From assembly GCA_964252035.1 (NCBI GenBank), contig OZ176215.1: a stretch of 64,000 bases of DNA; one strand, written 5' to 3'. The position numbers were made by a program, and so were the translations under genes. Every line of letters begins with the position of its first letter. Positions within the stretch are counted from its first letter, which is position 1. Positions 26,035 through 37,734 of the stretch are shown one piece after another. Origin of the DNA: Podarcis erhardii. Taxonomy: Eukaryota. The notes beneath the pieces were generated by a model. That model was not told where the DNA came from. It did no database searches and was given only the letters and a program-made list of their open reading frames with translations.

Positions 26035-26146
26035 CAGCATCTTCTAACCTGGTGCCCTCCAGACATTTTGGACCACAACTCCCATCAGCCCCAGCCAGAA
26101 CATTGTAGTCCAACATTTCTGGAGGGCATCGGGTTAGAGGAGGCTG
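26035..26146. mobile_element. Palindromic hAT MITE, 112 bp
   Basis: Arms CAGCATCTTCTAACCTGGTGCCCTCCAGA / TCTGGAGGGCATCGGGTTAGAGGAGGCTG; 8-bp flanks CTCTAGGC / CTCCAGGT. Confidence 0.7.
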
Positions 26147-27204
26147 CTCCAGGTGGCAGAAGTTAGCCATGATTTAAAATTGAGCCTGTGTTTGAAACAG
26201 TTTGCAAACACTGGTTAAAGCTAACCATGGTTAGAGTTGATGTCGCTGTAGGTTAGCTCTGACAAAAGTGAAGCAAGGCAGGGATAAATTTTCACTAGGG
26301 TGTGTGGGGAGGAGAGTGCATGAATCACTGACTCACTCCCTGTTGCTTAACCATGAGTAAGAGATTGAGAGAATTATGTTTCTACTGGGCCTTACTGTCC
26401 CTAGTGCCAGTTAACCATACTGATTCATAGGAATTATTAGACATAGTGCCAGAGATCCACTGCTGTATTTGTCACTGGCGACTGCATCTTTTAATTGGGC
26501 AAGGGGCTCTACCCCTCTTGTCGAATCTGGAAAAGGGAAGGAGTTCAGTCTCTCAGAAAGTAGTGAAACTTCTTACTGCTTTTTTAGTGCCTCCGCCACA
26601 ACCCATCCTTGTCAAACCAGATGTTGTGGCCTACAACTCCCATCATCCCTGACCACTGTCTATGCTGGCTGGGGCTGATGGGGGTTGGAGTACACAGGCT
26701 CCCTGCCCTGTTCTAAGCACTTCTGAAACTAGCATTATAAGTCCCCCTCCTCCTTCCCAGGTCCTCCAATGCTCACTGGAAAATTGGAGTGGAGACCTTA
26801 ACCCACACCTTGGGATAAGGGCAGGGCTGGGTCTCTGGTGACTGCTGAGGCCAAGCAACATTTCTAAAACCCAGCAGAGTACATAATCATGGTGTATACA
26901 CCGAGCCCTACCCTATGACTTTCCAAGGAAGTATCTGCTTTCGATGAGTAGTGCATTGTGACAGTTCCTACAAAGATGATTTATTTGGATAGTGAAGTCA
27001 GACCTGAACAATCAAACAGAACATTCAAACATTGCTCAAGGCTTGTGCATACACAGCAAACTCATCTAAATGATAACCTTGTCAAAGAAACAAATGTGGT
27101 GGGGTATTTAATGCAATTTGCTGCATGTCAAATACATGTTTCACTTTGTGTAGAGGTGCTCCTTTACAGAATACCTGCCGGCCACAGATAATCTGGGGTT
27201 TATC

Positions 27205-27392
27205 CATATCTCAGTGCTAGAGCATCTGCTTCTTATGCAGAAAGTCCCTGGTCTAATCCCTGACATCTCTAGATAGTGCTGGGAACGTTCCCTTGCCTGA
27301 AACTTTGGAGACCTGTCTCCAGGCAGTGTAGATGCTACTGAGCCCTGTGGACCAGTGGCATGACTTGGTATAAGACAGATTTCTATTTCCTG
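27205..27392 (+). mobile_element. tRNA-Ala-derived SINE
   Basis: Same head, body and tail as the copies at 50888 and 56528. Confidence 0.7.
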
Positions 27393-27761
27393 TTGGATGA
27401 TCAAGGACATGAGCTTGAACAGTGAGGAGGCTGATTAATTGGGGGTGGGGGGCAGTACCACTTGGGACATAACGGTTTCTGCTTTGGCCTGCTCTGGCTT
27501 CTGATTTCTTCAGTAGATAACAATCAAGATGTTTTTTTACCTCCCTCGAGCAATTTCACAAGAGAACTAGAATTTCTGGGGCAGCCAGATCCTGTGCTAT
27601 ATTACTGTAATATTCAGAATATTCAAGCTTAATGTAAGAATGTCCTCACTCTGCCGAGTCAGGTACAGTGTCTGGAGAGGAAACAAATTAGTCCAGATGA
27701 TGATGAGGTTACTTTTTCTACCCATACAAAACTTGTCTATTCTCCTCTTTCTATTTTCCAG

Positions 27762-27834
27762 TGACTACCTGTTCAAACTGCTTCTGATTGGTGACTCCGG
27801 TGTGGGGAAGTCATGTCTCTTATTGCGGTTTGCT
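27762..27834 (+). CDS. RAB1B: RAB1B exon 2 (P-loop)
   Basis: ccag|T GAC...GCT|gtaagt; [24 protein letters not shown]. Confidence 0.98.
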
Positions 27835-28028
27835 GTAAGTATTTACTTTTGTCCTAAGTGGCAACCTTTCTTCCTAGCCTGGGGAGCAAATGCAACCCTC
27901 CAGGGCTCCCTGTCTGGTCTATAACATCCTCCTTGAGGCAGCTGCCTCAAGTGGCAGAATCTATGTGGTGGCACTATGGGTGTTGCATGGTGCCTTGCCT
28001 ACTGCTGGTGGAGAAGCTGCAGCTTCTG

Positions 28029-28327
28029 GTGAGATCTTGCAGGGCTCTTGCGAAATCTTGTTGGAAGCTGTGGTAGTCAGCGCAACTCTTCTCCCATGGT
28101 GGGGCACCACCGCTGGAGAAACAAGGAGAAGAGCCAGTGACCTCTCAAAATGCACCTGGCGTGTGGCGAATTTCAAATGCTGCATTTTGAGAGGTTCACA
28201 AGATTTAGCCGGAAGCCACTGCTTCTTCTCCTTGTTTCTCCAGTGGTGGTGCCCCACCATGGGAGAAGAGTTGTGCTGACTACCACAGCTTCCAGCAAGA
28301 TCTCACAAGAGCCCTGCAGGATCTCAC
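28029..28327. repeat. Long inverted repeat (111-bp arms) in RAB1B intron 2, probably a foldback MITE
   Basis: 28029-28139 vs reverse complement of 28217-28327: 103/111 identical; extra perfect 15-bp inner stem 28140-28154 / 28181-28195. Confidence 0.92.
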
Positions 28328-30191
28328 TGGTAGCTTCACCAGCAGTGCATTTTGCACCTGGCTACTGGCCACTTGCGACCAAGTGAAGATGCCAAGGCAC
28401 CAGGATGGCGCCTGACATCTCCACCATCTGAAGATGCACGCCTGGGGATCCTTGGATCTTGCCTGTTTTCACACGCATCTTGTAGAATTATATCCATGAT
28501 ATTCTATCCATGATATTTTATCTACACAATTTGTATTGAATAATATGACTTTCAAGCCATCTGGCCTCAAAATAGCAACTAGACATTCCATTTTGGGGGC
28601 TGTAACCCTGATTTAAGGAGCCATTTGGCGCCTAGCTTATATATCTGAGTTTGAACCTGAGTTTGAGGCTTCAGCAGGGGGAGTAGTAGGACACTTTCCT
28701 GTTTCTCCTCAGGTGGTGAAATGGGATGGGCCACCCCTGACTCTGCACATCCCTCTTTCTTTTCTGGATGGAGGCTACTCTGCTCACTTTGGCCTTTCTC
28801 CCCACCCGTCACTGGCATGTCACCCTCAAAAGCTTTACCAGAAGGGAATGCAGTCCTCAGGGTTTCCCCAACCCTTGCCCTAGCCTATCGTTAGTGAGCC
28901 TAAGAGAAAGCAACTGATTGGAGCTGCCTCTTGGTGATGAGTTTTCTTAAAGCTTTTCAGGAGATTTGAGCCAACGGAAGAGGCACAAGACCTGTGACTA
29001 ATCCCCTTGGAATCTCTTATCTCACTCCCCCCCCCCCCTTAACACACACAAAAATACAACATTCATTGTGAGGAAGCTTTGTTTTCTCTGTTTGCCCCTC
29101 AGGATGAGCAGCTATAGCGATACAGTTTTTAAACTTTTCTGGTCTTTAGGAAATCCCTTGGTTCTGCCAAGGAACCCTAGTTTGCAGTGTAGAGAGTTTT
29201 GCTAAATGCATTGCTCACATGAGCTGAGCACAGATTAAGAAACAGACTCCCCCCACAACCGAGTAGTTGTCATGAGCCTAAAAATTCTGAGTATTATTTA
29301 TTAAATTTCTATCCCACCCTTCCTGCCAAAGAAGCACAGGGTGGCAAACATCAAACAGTTTAAACAATGCAATTTAAAACAATCTATTTGAAACATTTGA
29401 AAAATTATCTAAAAACATTTAAAGGCAACCACAATGGTACTACTACCAGCAAGAGATCTCCCATTTCTGAGTGCTGTATTAGACATACCGCCTTGCCTGC
29501 AGGCTTACAGCCAGAAGGTAGAAATAAAACAGGAGGAGAATCAAACTGGGGAAAGCCAGGATGAATAGCCATTGCACTGGAGTTGGGTGGCAGTTTCAGT
29601 ACTAGCTGCCTGCAGTCCTCCCCAGCCTTCAGACTCAGACACTGATTGTCGAAAGCCACAAGAAAACCTTTATTAACTATGATGTTCTTGCTGCTGAACT
29701 TATTCCCATTGAGAAACCATAATGGGACCTTGAAGAACCTCTGAACTTGGAACAGTCCTGGGGCAAGAAATCATTGGTCTAGACTGTGCAGGAAGACAAG
29801 GGGAAAGTTGGTTTGGTGGATTTCTCCCCTTCCCTTCTACTGTGTAATGTGTGGTTTATACAGTGGTCTCACACTACAGTTGTTCCTTGCCAGTTGGCAT
29901 TCTAGGCATATGCCAGCCTTCCCCAACCCTGTGCCCTTCACATGTTTTGGATTACAACAACTCCCAATAACCCCACCCAGCATGGATGTGCTGGCTGAGG
30001 TTGGTTGGATATGAATGCCGTTACCTAAAATGTACACTGCTTTTGTTTCATGTGTGTGAACATCTTGAGTGTTAGAATTGTTGGTTGCATTTTGATACAC
30101 CTTTCCCCCACCCGAAAAAAGAGAATTGAGAACAGGAACGGTGACTTCTGTCTGCAACTTCTTATTGTTGATGAAACACTCTCTTTCCTAG

Positions 30192-30287
30192 GATGACACC
30201 TATACAGAAAGCTACATTAGCACCATTGGGGTGGACTTCAAAATCCGCACCATCGAGTTGGATGGCAAAACTATCAAGCTGCAAATT
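30192..30287 (+). CDS. RAB1B: RAB1B exon 3 (switch I)
   Basis: ctag|GAT...ATT|gtgagt; [32 protein letters not shown]. Confidence 0.98.
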
Positions 30288-30350
30288 GTGAGTCTGTAAA
30301 TCTCTTGGTTTCAAAAGTGTCTTTAGAGGAGTTTTGGATGTGGGAACTAA

Positions 30351-30608
<258 letters not shown>

Positions 30609-31399
30609 TAACGGCTGCATTGTGGTGGTTAGAGCAGGGGTGGGAGATGGGGTAGGGGAAGATGAAAAAATCTGTGTGTGTCTGTTTAGGACATCCAGCT
30701 CTGGGGGTGAGGAGGAACAGTGGGAAAGAGGGACCATGAGTGCAAAAGGCAATCACCCACCTCATTTCTACAGAAGATGGTCTATGGCTGACATCTGTTC
30801 AGAAGGGTGGACCAAATGCTCCCATTTCCAGAGGTTATGTTGGTAGCGGTGTCTTGAATCAAAAGGCAGCTCTGCCTAACTAGAGACCATGAGAAGCAAT
30901 TATCTCTATCCCCGATTAACAGGAGCAATGTCAAAACGCCCAAAATGATGAAAGCAGAACAGTTATAACTGGAGTGAGTGAGCAAAGCTCCATTCCGGCA
31001 CATTTTTACCTCTCTTCTTCATGTATTTTGTGAATTGATGCATGAGTTGGATCCAATGATGTCCTACTTGGAGTAAACCCATTGAAATGAATGGACCTAA
31101 GTTTGTCATGCTCATCAATTTCAGTGGATATTCTCTGAACAGGACTAAAGTTGCCTACAACCCTAGGGCCATAATTTCGGAGAGCTCAGAATTTCCTAAG
31201 TTCTCCTTAAGGCTGAAGTTCTTGGGGGGCCCTGAGTTTTGCACTAAGTATTCTGTGAGATTCTTTCCATTGATGAAGCTGTCTAGTCTGCCTGCGGCCC
31301 TTTCCAGCGCCAAGGGATAATCAGGTTGGTGGCCAGGCTTGGAAGTCTGAGCTCTGCTGCCTCTCATCCTCTTCCCTCTTGTGGGCTCCCACCTTTCAG

Positions 31400-31531
31400 G
31401 AATCCTACAACAACGTGAAGCAGTGGCTGCAGGAAATCGAGCGCTACGCCAGTGAAAATGTCAACAAGCTTCTCGTGGGCAACAAGTGCGACTTGACCAC
31501 AAAAAAAGTGGTGGACTACACAACTGCCAAG
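31400..31531 (+). CDS. RAB1B: RAB1B exon 5 (NKxD)
   Basis: tcag|GAA...AAG|gtgagc; [44 protein letters not shown]. Confidence 0.98.
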
Positions 31532-32544
31532 GTGAGCCGCCGAAGGCAAGGCAGATGTCAGTGGCTGGGAAGAATAGCAAGTTGGCTGTTGTGCTTTAGG
31601 GCTTCCCACAGGCATCTGGTTGGCCACTGGTAGAAAAGGACACTGGACTAAATGAACCACTGACCTGATCTAGCACCCTGGCTCTTCTTATGCTCTTCAG
31701 GCTTTTCTTAGGTTCTTCAGGCAGGCGCAAGAAAGCCCTGCAAACCAGCAACCTTTTCTCTCTCATCCTCAAGGCACTCTCCCTCCTTTATCCTCAATCC
31801 AAACAAGTGTGATCAGAGTTTGACACAATTCCAGCCAGGCAAAAGCACTCCAGGAAGATGTGAGAGAAGTGTAGCCTAGGGAGAATTCAGTGGTGCAGGT
31901 AGATGACCTGGAGAGGCACATTTGACTCCAGGCCTGAAGTTCCCCACTGCATCATAAGGCCTGGTCTGCATGTGACAGAGTACAATGTTGTTGAAAGGCC
32001 TTCAGCATAACCCTGCAGGCAGCTTAGGCACAAATAGTCTTTAACGAAAAACAAAACACCTAGCAGCCATAGGCATAGTTTAGTGGGGGAGATGTTTTTA
32101 AAAACACAGAATTCTTTATAGGCTTGGCTCTTGCATGTAACACTTCAGCGAAGGAAGGGAAAGCAATTCAGTTCAAACGCCCCATTGTAAACAGCTGTCC
32201 TGGATCAGCAAATTAATTATTATTTACTTTTGCCTTTCAGATGCTCCAAATAGAGGCAGTGATCTGTTTATTTTAGCTTTTCAAACTATACTTGATCTTA
32301 TGGCACAGACAGGTGTCTAGATCATATCTTTGAATGTCAGAATGCCTTGGGAACCTCCCGGCCCTTCTCTGGAACATTTGCTTGCATCAGGGATAGCCAA
32401 CATTGTGCTCTCCAGACTGTAGCACATCAGCCCCAGTGAGCAAGGCTAAGGATGGTGGGAGTTGTAGTATAGCAATGTATCGATGGCACCATGTTGGCTA
32501 CTGCTGATTTACATTATTTATATCCCACACCTTCAACCTAAAGC

Positions 32545-32720
32545 CAGTGGTGATATGGTGGTTAGAGTGTTGGATTAGGACCTGGGAGAGCAGGGTTCAG
32601 ATCCCTGCTCAGCAAAACATGCTCAGCCTAACCTGCCCCAAAGGGTTGTTGTGAGGATAACACGAGGCGGAAGAGAAGCATGTACGCTACCTGACTCTCC
32701 TTGGAGGAAAAGAACTGTAA
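32545..32720 (+). mobile_element. CORE/MIR-like squamate SINE
   Basis: GTGGTTAGAGTGTTGGATTAGGACCTGGGAGAGCAGGGTTCAGATCCC...AGCCTAACCTGCCCC...GTTGTTGTGAGGAT. Confidence 0.7.
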
Positions 32721-33000
32721 CAAAGAACTGTCCAAGGGCAGCTAACAATAATAGTAAGAAGCAAAGTACATTGTAATAATAATAGTAGTAGTAGTATAAA
32801 TACAGCAAATTAAATCAACAAATTGAAGGAGAATGTGAAGAAAGGCCTCAGGCAACAATCTCAGTGTACACGTGGATTATGGGAGATGGTTCAGCTGCTG
32901 GCCTTGCAGTTGAGGTCCTGCAAGGAGCCTCTGACCTATATAATAAAACCCGGGACTCTTTGCTCCTTCCTAACCTTCCCTCTCTCTTTTCTTCATGCAG

Positions 33001-33195
33001 GAATTCGCAGACTCACTTGGGATCCCCTTCCTGGAGACCAGCGCCAAGAATGCCACCAATGTGGAGCAGTCGTTCATGACTATGGCGGCTGAGATCAAGA
33101 AACGCATGGGCCCGGGTGCCACAGCTGGCGGCGACAGACCCAACCTGAAAATCGACAGCACTCCGGTCAAACAAGGAGGCGGCGGCTGCTGCTGA
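33001..33195 (+). CDS. RAB1B: RAB1B exon 6 coding part; full CDS 606 nt = 201 aa
   Basis: gcag|GAA...TGC TGC TGA; [67 protein letters not shown]1B (not RAB1A) is supported by the MNPEY start, the [12 protein letters not shown] tail and KLC2/CNIH2 synteny. Confidence 0.97.
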   Translation, partial: EFADSLGIPFLETSAKNATNVEQSFMTMAAEIKKRMGPGATAGGDRPNLKIDSTPVKQGGGGCC

Positions 33196-34865
33196 GGAGG
33201 AGGGACATGAGGATAGCGTGGGTGGGGGGCGGGGGGCAGCCTGGGGGGCAGGCTGTGGGGAGAGGAGGCCTGCCCTTCCCTTTCTGGTCCAGCCCCACCT
33301 CCTTCTTTTTCTTCTCCGAAGGTGGCTTTCCCGGATGATACCTCGCCGGAGGGGGACGGGACCTCCCTCCCCTTCCAGCTCAGCTGCTCCAAGTGCTGTT
33401 GAGTATCCTCGGCCTGTTTATTTTGGTTTTGGGGTTTTGTTTTGTTTTGTCACTTAACTCTGTAGGGGATTTTGTGTGGGAGGGGTATTGGGGTTGCGGG
33501 AGGCAGTGGGTTGGGCTGAGGGTGGGCTCTGTACAGGTTGCAAGCTTCCCTACAACATGGGGAAGTGGGGGGTGATGACATGTCCGTCTGCCTTGGGGCC
33601 CTCCTTCCCCTCCGCACCCCCCAAGGTAGGCAAGGCCTGGGCAATGGTTCTCTTTGCTGGTTTCGTTACGCTGCCCTCCCTTCTCTTCCCCCACCTCCAA
33701 AACTGTGTTTCTAATCTGGGGCAGAGCGTTGGTTATCTTTCGCTTCAGTCTCCCTTTGCTTCCTGCCCCCATGAGTCTTTGGACTTTGCTAGTGCAAGCC
33801 TGAGTTCCTGTGTCCTGTCCTTCTTACTGGCATTTGACTGGTTTGTCAGCAGGCAGGTTTTAGCTGGCAAAGGGCTGAAGTGTCTGTGCATCTCCCCCCT
33901 TGTCTCCAGGCCCCATTTGGGCAAGTTGCTGTGTGGCCCACCGCACTCATTCCCCTGCATGTGGCAACTGCTTTCTTTTTCTGCCTGGGGCAGGGCTTGG
34001 TGTCCCTTGCTTCCTTGCCATTTTTTCTACCACCACATCCTTTCCGCCCCGGCCACTCCTAAAACCTTTCCTCTCAGGGCACCCTGTCTCACAGTCCCTC
34101 GTTTTCCTAGCTGTCGTCTCCCTCCTGTGCCCCATTTTCCCCAGCCTGCTCTAGGAACAGACATGCTGGCCTCTAGCGGGAGGAGAAATGTGTAATATGG
34201 CCTCCCTCCATCACTAGCGCTGCTGCTGCTGCTTCCCCTTGCCCAAGTGGCGGGTGGTTTATTGATCTAATTTAATCCTTCCTCAAGACTGAACTGGGAG
34301 GAAGGAAGGTGGGTCGCGGGGGGCTTCCCAGCTCCTGCATTCCACAGTCGATGAATGTATCTTTTGGACAGCTGGGCAAACTCTGTGAGTCTGCTTCAGG
34401 TGTGGTCTGAGCAGGGCCCCGCTCACCTGTGGCCATCTTGGCATGCTTTGGCCCTGACCTTCCTCCCACGCCACCCATTGATTCCCTTGTTGATATTGCA
34501 GGTCCGTGTAGCCAAACCCTATTCTTTTCCACCCACCCACCTTCCTTCCCTGGATCATGACCAAACCAAGGCCCATCCGTCCCACCCTGTCGCCCCTACT
34601 ACCCCCGGTTTTGGGCTCTGGCTCCCAAGAATGCTGTATCGTCTTTTTTTTTTTTTTTTTTAGCACCAGGAAGCTGCATTTTCCATATTGCTTCACTACT
34701 ACATTCATCCCATTGTCTTTCCCCTTCCCCCACTTTATTTAAGGAACGTCAGGGACCCCACTGGGCCAGGAAGTGGGTGGAAGGTGGTTTTGTTCGTCAG
34801 CTTCTTCTTTTTCCACAAGTGAAATTTAAAAAAACACAAATGAGAGGAAAAGAGAAAAAAAATCC

Positions 34866-34871
34866 AATAAA
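34866..34871 (+). terminator. Candidate RAB1B polyadenylation signal
   Basis: AATAAA about 1.67 kb after the stop, at the end of UTR-like sequence that includes a poly-U tract (~34644-34661). Confidence 0.55.
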
Positions 34872-35989
34872 ACATAACCAGCCTCTGCAAAATGAGGGAT
34901 TTTCAGGCTTGGCTGTGTAGTCCTTATCTTCCTTCCTGCAAGGGATGCAAAAGGGTTGAGCTGTGCTTGTGGATTGGTGGGGTGGTGCACTCTTGAAATG
35001 TTGCACCCAAGGAGTGGCGGATGTTAATGGTCTTAACTCCCACAGCTATGCTGGTAATCCCAGGCATCTCCTCTTCTTTCCTTTCGCTGCCCTGATGAAA
35101 AGCCATCAACTGAATTTGAAAAAATGTCGCCATCTCATTTCTGGCTGCAGGGAAATAAGTGTCAGCTGAAAGAGCATGCCAGACAAGAGTCTTGTGTCCC
35201 TTTCTTGGTTCAGTCAGGAAAAATCAGATTTGCCTTCCGGCTGAGGGTCACTAGTTTTTAATGTTCATTTTTAGCTTGTTGTAGCCAGTGCTGTGCCTGC
35301 TTTTGTGCCTCATCCTGGCTGGTAAAAGCAGCCTCCATCTGTGATCTTATTGTGCAAGGCAGAGTTGATACTCCAGGGTGGGGCTTGGGGCTTTCTTTCA
35401 TGATTCCACAGAACTACTGAAAAGCAGAACACAGGAAGCCTGATTGTGCAAGATGGATTAGGCAAACACTTCCAGGTTATCTGTAGATTTGTGGCTTTTG
35501 CTAACGAAACCTGGTTATCTTTTTAACTGTGGCTCAGGCTGACTGTGCTGGCGCCTGGCCTTTCATGAAGTGGGATTAAGAGAGCTCAGGTTCTCACTGC
35601 CCATTCTCCAGGTCGCACCCTAGAATTGCTGTAGCCAATGTGGTATAATGGATTTGGGGGGCTGGGAAGACTTCAAAGCTATGTCAAACCTGTGTGTGTG
35701 AACGAGAGAAAAATTGTAGGCTCCCCCCCCACCCCTGCTCCACACGGTGCCATCCAGAAGCCCTGGACCACAACCCTTATTGACACCAATGGTTATGCTG
35801 GCTGGGGCTGATGAAATCCGCAGTCCAAAACATCTGGAGCACACCAGCCTAGGAAAGGATGAAGTAGACTGTTTCTGGTTATGTGGGCCATGGACTTACC
35901 TGTCATCAGGCATGGGAAAAGGTGCTTTCAAAGCCTCCATACAATGGGTTTGCTCTTCTGGCAAATTTTGTTGTCCAGGATGTGGCTGT

Positions 35990-36533
35990 CAGAACACACT
36001 GGGAACCTCCAGCCACTTGTCAAACTCCTTGATCATGCAGCTGTCAATGAAATTTAGGCAGTGGTCTCCTGTTACCTGTTGGTGCTTCTTGTTGAAGAGC
36101 TCAGCCTGCAGTGGGCAGGAGAAGTGGTTCCTCCAGTCTCCAGCAATGCCTTTCCTCATGAACGGGCACTTGCTTGTATCGATCATCTCATGAGAGATGC
36201 GTGTACCATTAATGAATCTGCAATGCCTCCAAGTGGAATCCAGGAAGGCACTCAGTCGTGCCGCACAGTCCTCCAGGTCCTCATGTAGCTCATCATAGGT
36301 GGCATGGGAAACCTCCAGCTCCTCCTTGCAGCCGAGTCAGACTTTGGTGTCCTCAAACCAGGAGCCATAATGCTCTGTGCCATCCAAGTAGCTGAGGAGA
36401 ATCTCATGGAAGCAGCCAGGGTGTTGGAAGAAATTGGCCATGCTTAGAACTGAGAGGACGACATGGCAACGCCTTCAGGGTTTCTGACCAAATGGATCAC
36501 CTTGGGCTTAGATTTCTTCAGGGACGATTTTGG
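35990..36533 (-). pseudogene. Processed (intronless) cytosolic sulfotransferase pseudogene, SULT2B-like
   Basis: Minus strand translates PKSSLKKSKPKVIHLVRNPEGVAMS../MANFFQHPGCFHEILLSYLDGTEHYGSWFEDTKV*LGCKEELEVSHATYDELHEDL...PFMRKGIAGDWRNHFS; one frameshift near 36445 and a stop at 36337-36339. Confidence 0.9.
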
Positions 36534-37718
36534 ACACCCCTAGACTAGGCAACAATTGCACTATATCAGCCTTCATTGGAGTGCTGTTGTTGAACTACCC
36601 TTAAATCCAAGTTTATTGCACATGCCTTCAGTTAGAGGGAACTGTAGTTTGTTACGGGTGCTAGGAACTTAGCTCTGTGGGAGGTAAAGTTCCCAGGGTT
36701 CTTTGGGGGAAGCCATGGGCTTTAAATATATGGTGTGGAGGCGACCAAAGCCTTTAGGGTACCACAAAGCTCCTAATGTATTAGTACAGATTTAGGGGTA
36801 ACAGAGCTTAGGGATGCAAGTGCACTCATAACTGCTAAGAGTTAGTGAATGTCAGAAATTAGTAAAATGGTAGAATTTAGATACTATTTGGGATACTGAA
36901 GGGAAAATGCAGGCTGCAGCAGTTCTCCTGAAATGGGCCACACATAGAAGTTCCTGGGTTAGTTTACGCAAACGAGCCTTGCTGGGCTAGCTAAATGCAG
37001 AGTCCTTGAGAAACAATGGAGAGTCAGGTACTGGGTTATTAAGGGCCATTGGCAATGCAAAAAGCTACCCTTCCCTCCTGCTCTGAGGAGTGGACAGAGA
37101 CAGGAGATTTGGGCAGTTGCCACACAGGAAAAATGTGCCCCTTTTAAAACAGAGAGGCTGCTTAGCAAGTGTTATTGGGAAGGAGAAGGAGGTGCCAGAG
37201 CTCCAGGTGGGGCAGAACCATATTGGCAGGCTGAGAAAAAGGCATGGAAATGGTGTGCCGGATGACATGAGCTCCAATGATGTGCTGTTGTGGGGAACAA
37301 GCCCCCCCCCCATGCTGTGAACTCTCTTCCTCTACCTAGATCCAGGTGTATAGAGGTGTAAAACCATATATCTTAAAATGCTACAGTCTCTTACATGCCT
37401 GAATTCCTAACGGAAACAGGACCCTGGGTAAGCGCCTGGAACCCCCTGGAAATTTGCTACCGCTTGGCAGCGACTGGGGTGGTGTGCAACCTTTGTAACA
37501 GTATATAGGCTTTGTACACACTGGCATTAAAAGCACATTTGAAACATAGACTTTCCCTCATAGAATTCTGGGCACTGTAATTTTCTCCTCCCAAACTTAC
37601 AATTCCTAGCAACCCTTAATAAACTACAGCACCCAGAATTCTTTGAGGGGGGCGGGAATGTGCTTTAAAGGTACAGTGTGTACACAGCCTTAGTTGTCCT
37701 AAGCTGTCCCCAAAGGAG

Positions 37719-37734
37719 CCACTAGAGGGTGCTG
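37719..37734 (+). promoter_or_regulatory. CTCF motif, forward orientation
   Basis: CCACTAGAGGGTGCTG closely matches the CTCF core; GC/CpG-rich patch nearby at 37850-37930. Confidence 0.65.

Noticed and set aside
27697-27790. C-box-like ATGATGATGA near RAB1B exon 2 (possible C/D snoRNA)
   Set aside because: The nearest D-box (CTGA) falls inside the coding exon and there is no terminal stem.
34165-34179. CTCF-like motif in the RAB1B 3'UTR (and another at 46130-46145)
   Set aside because: Each mismatches highly constrained core positions (a missing G in the G-run; GG in place of the leading CC).
33476-34195. 239-aa ORF downstream of RAB1B
   Set aside because: Lies in the GC-rich 3'UTR with low-complexity composition and no recognisable domain; likely a chance ORF.
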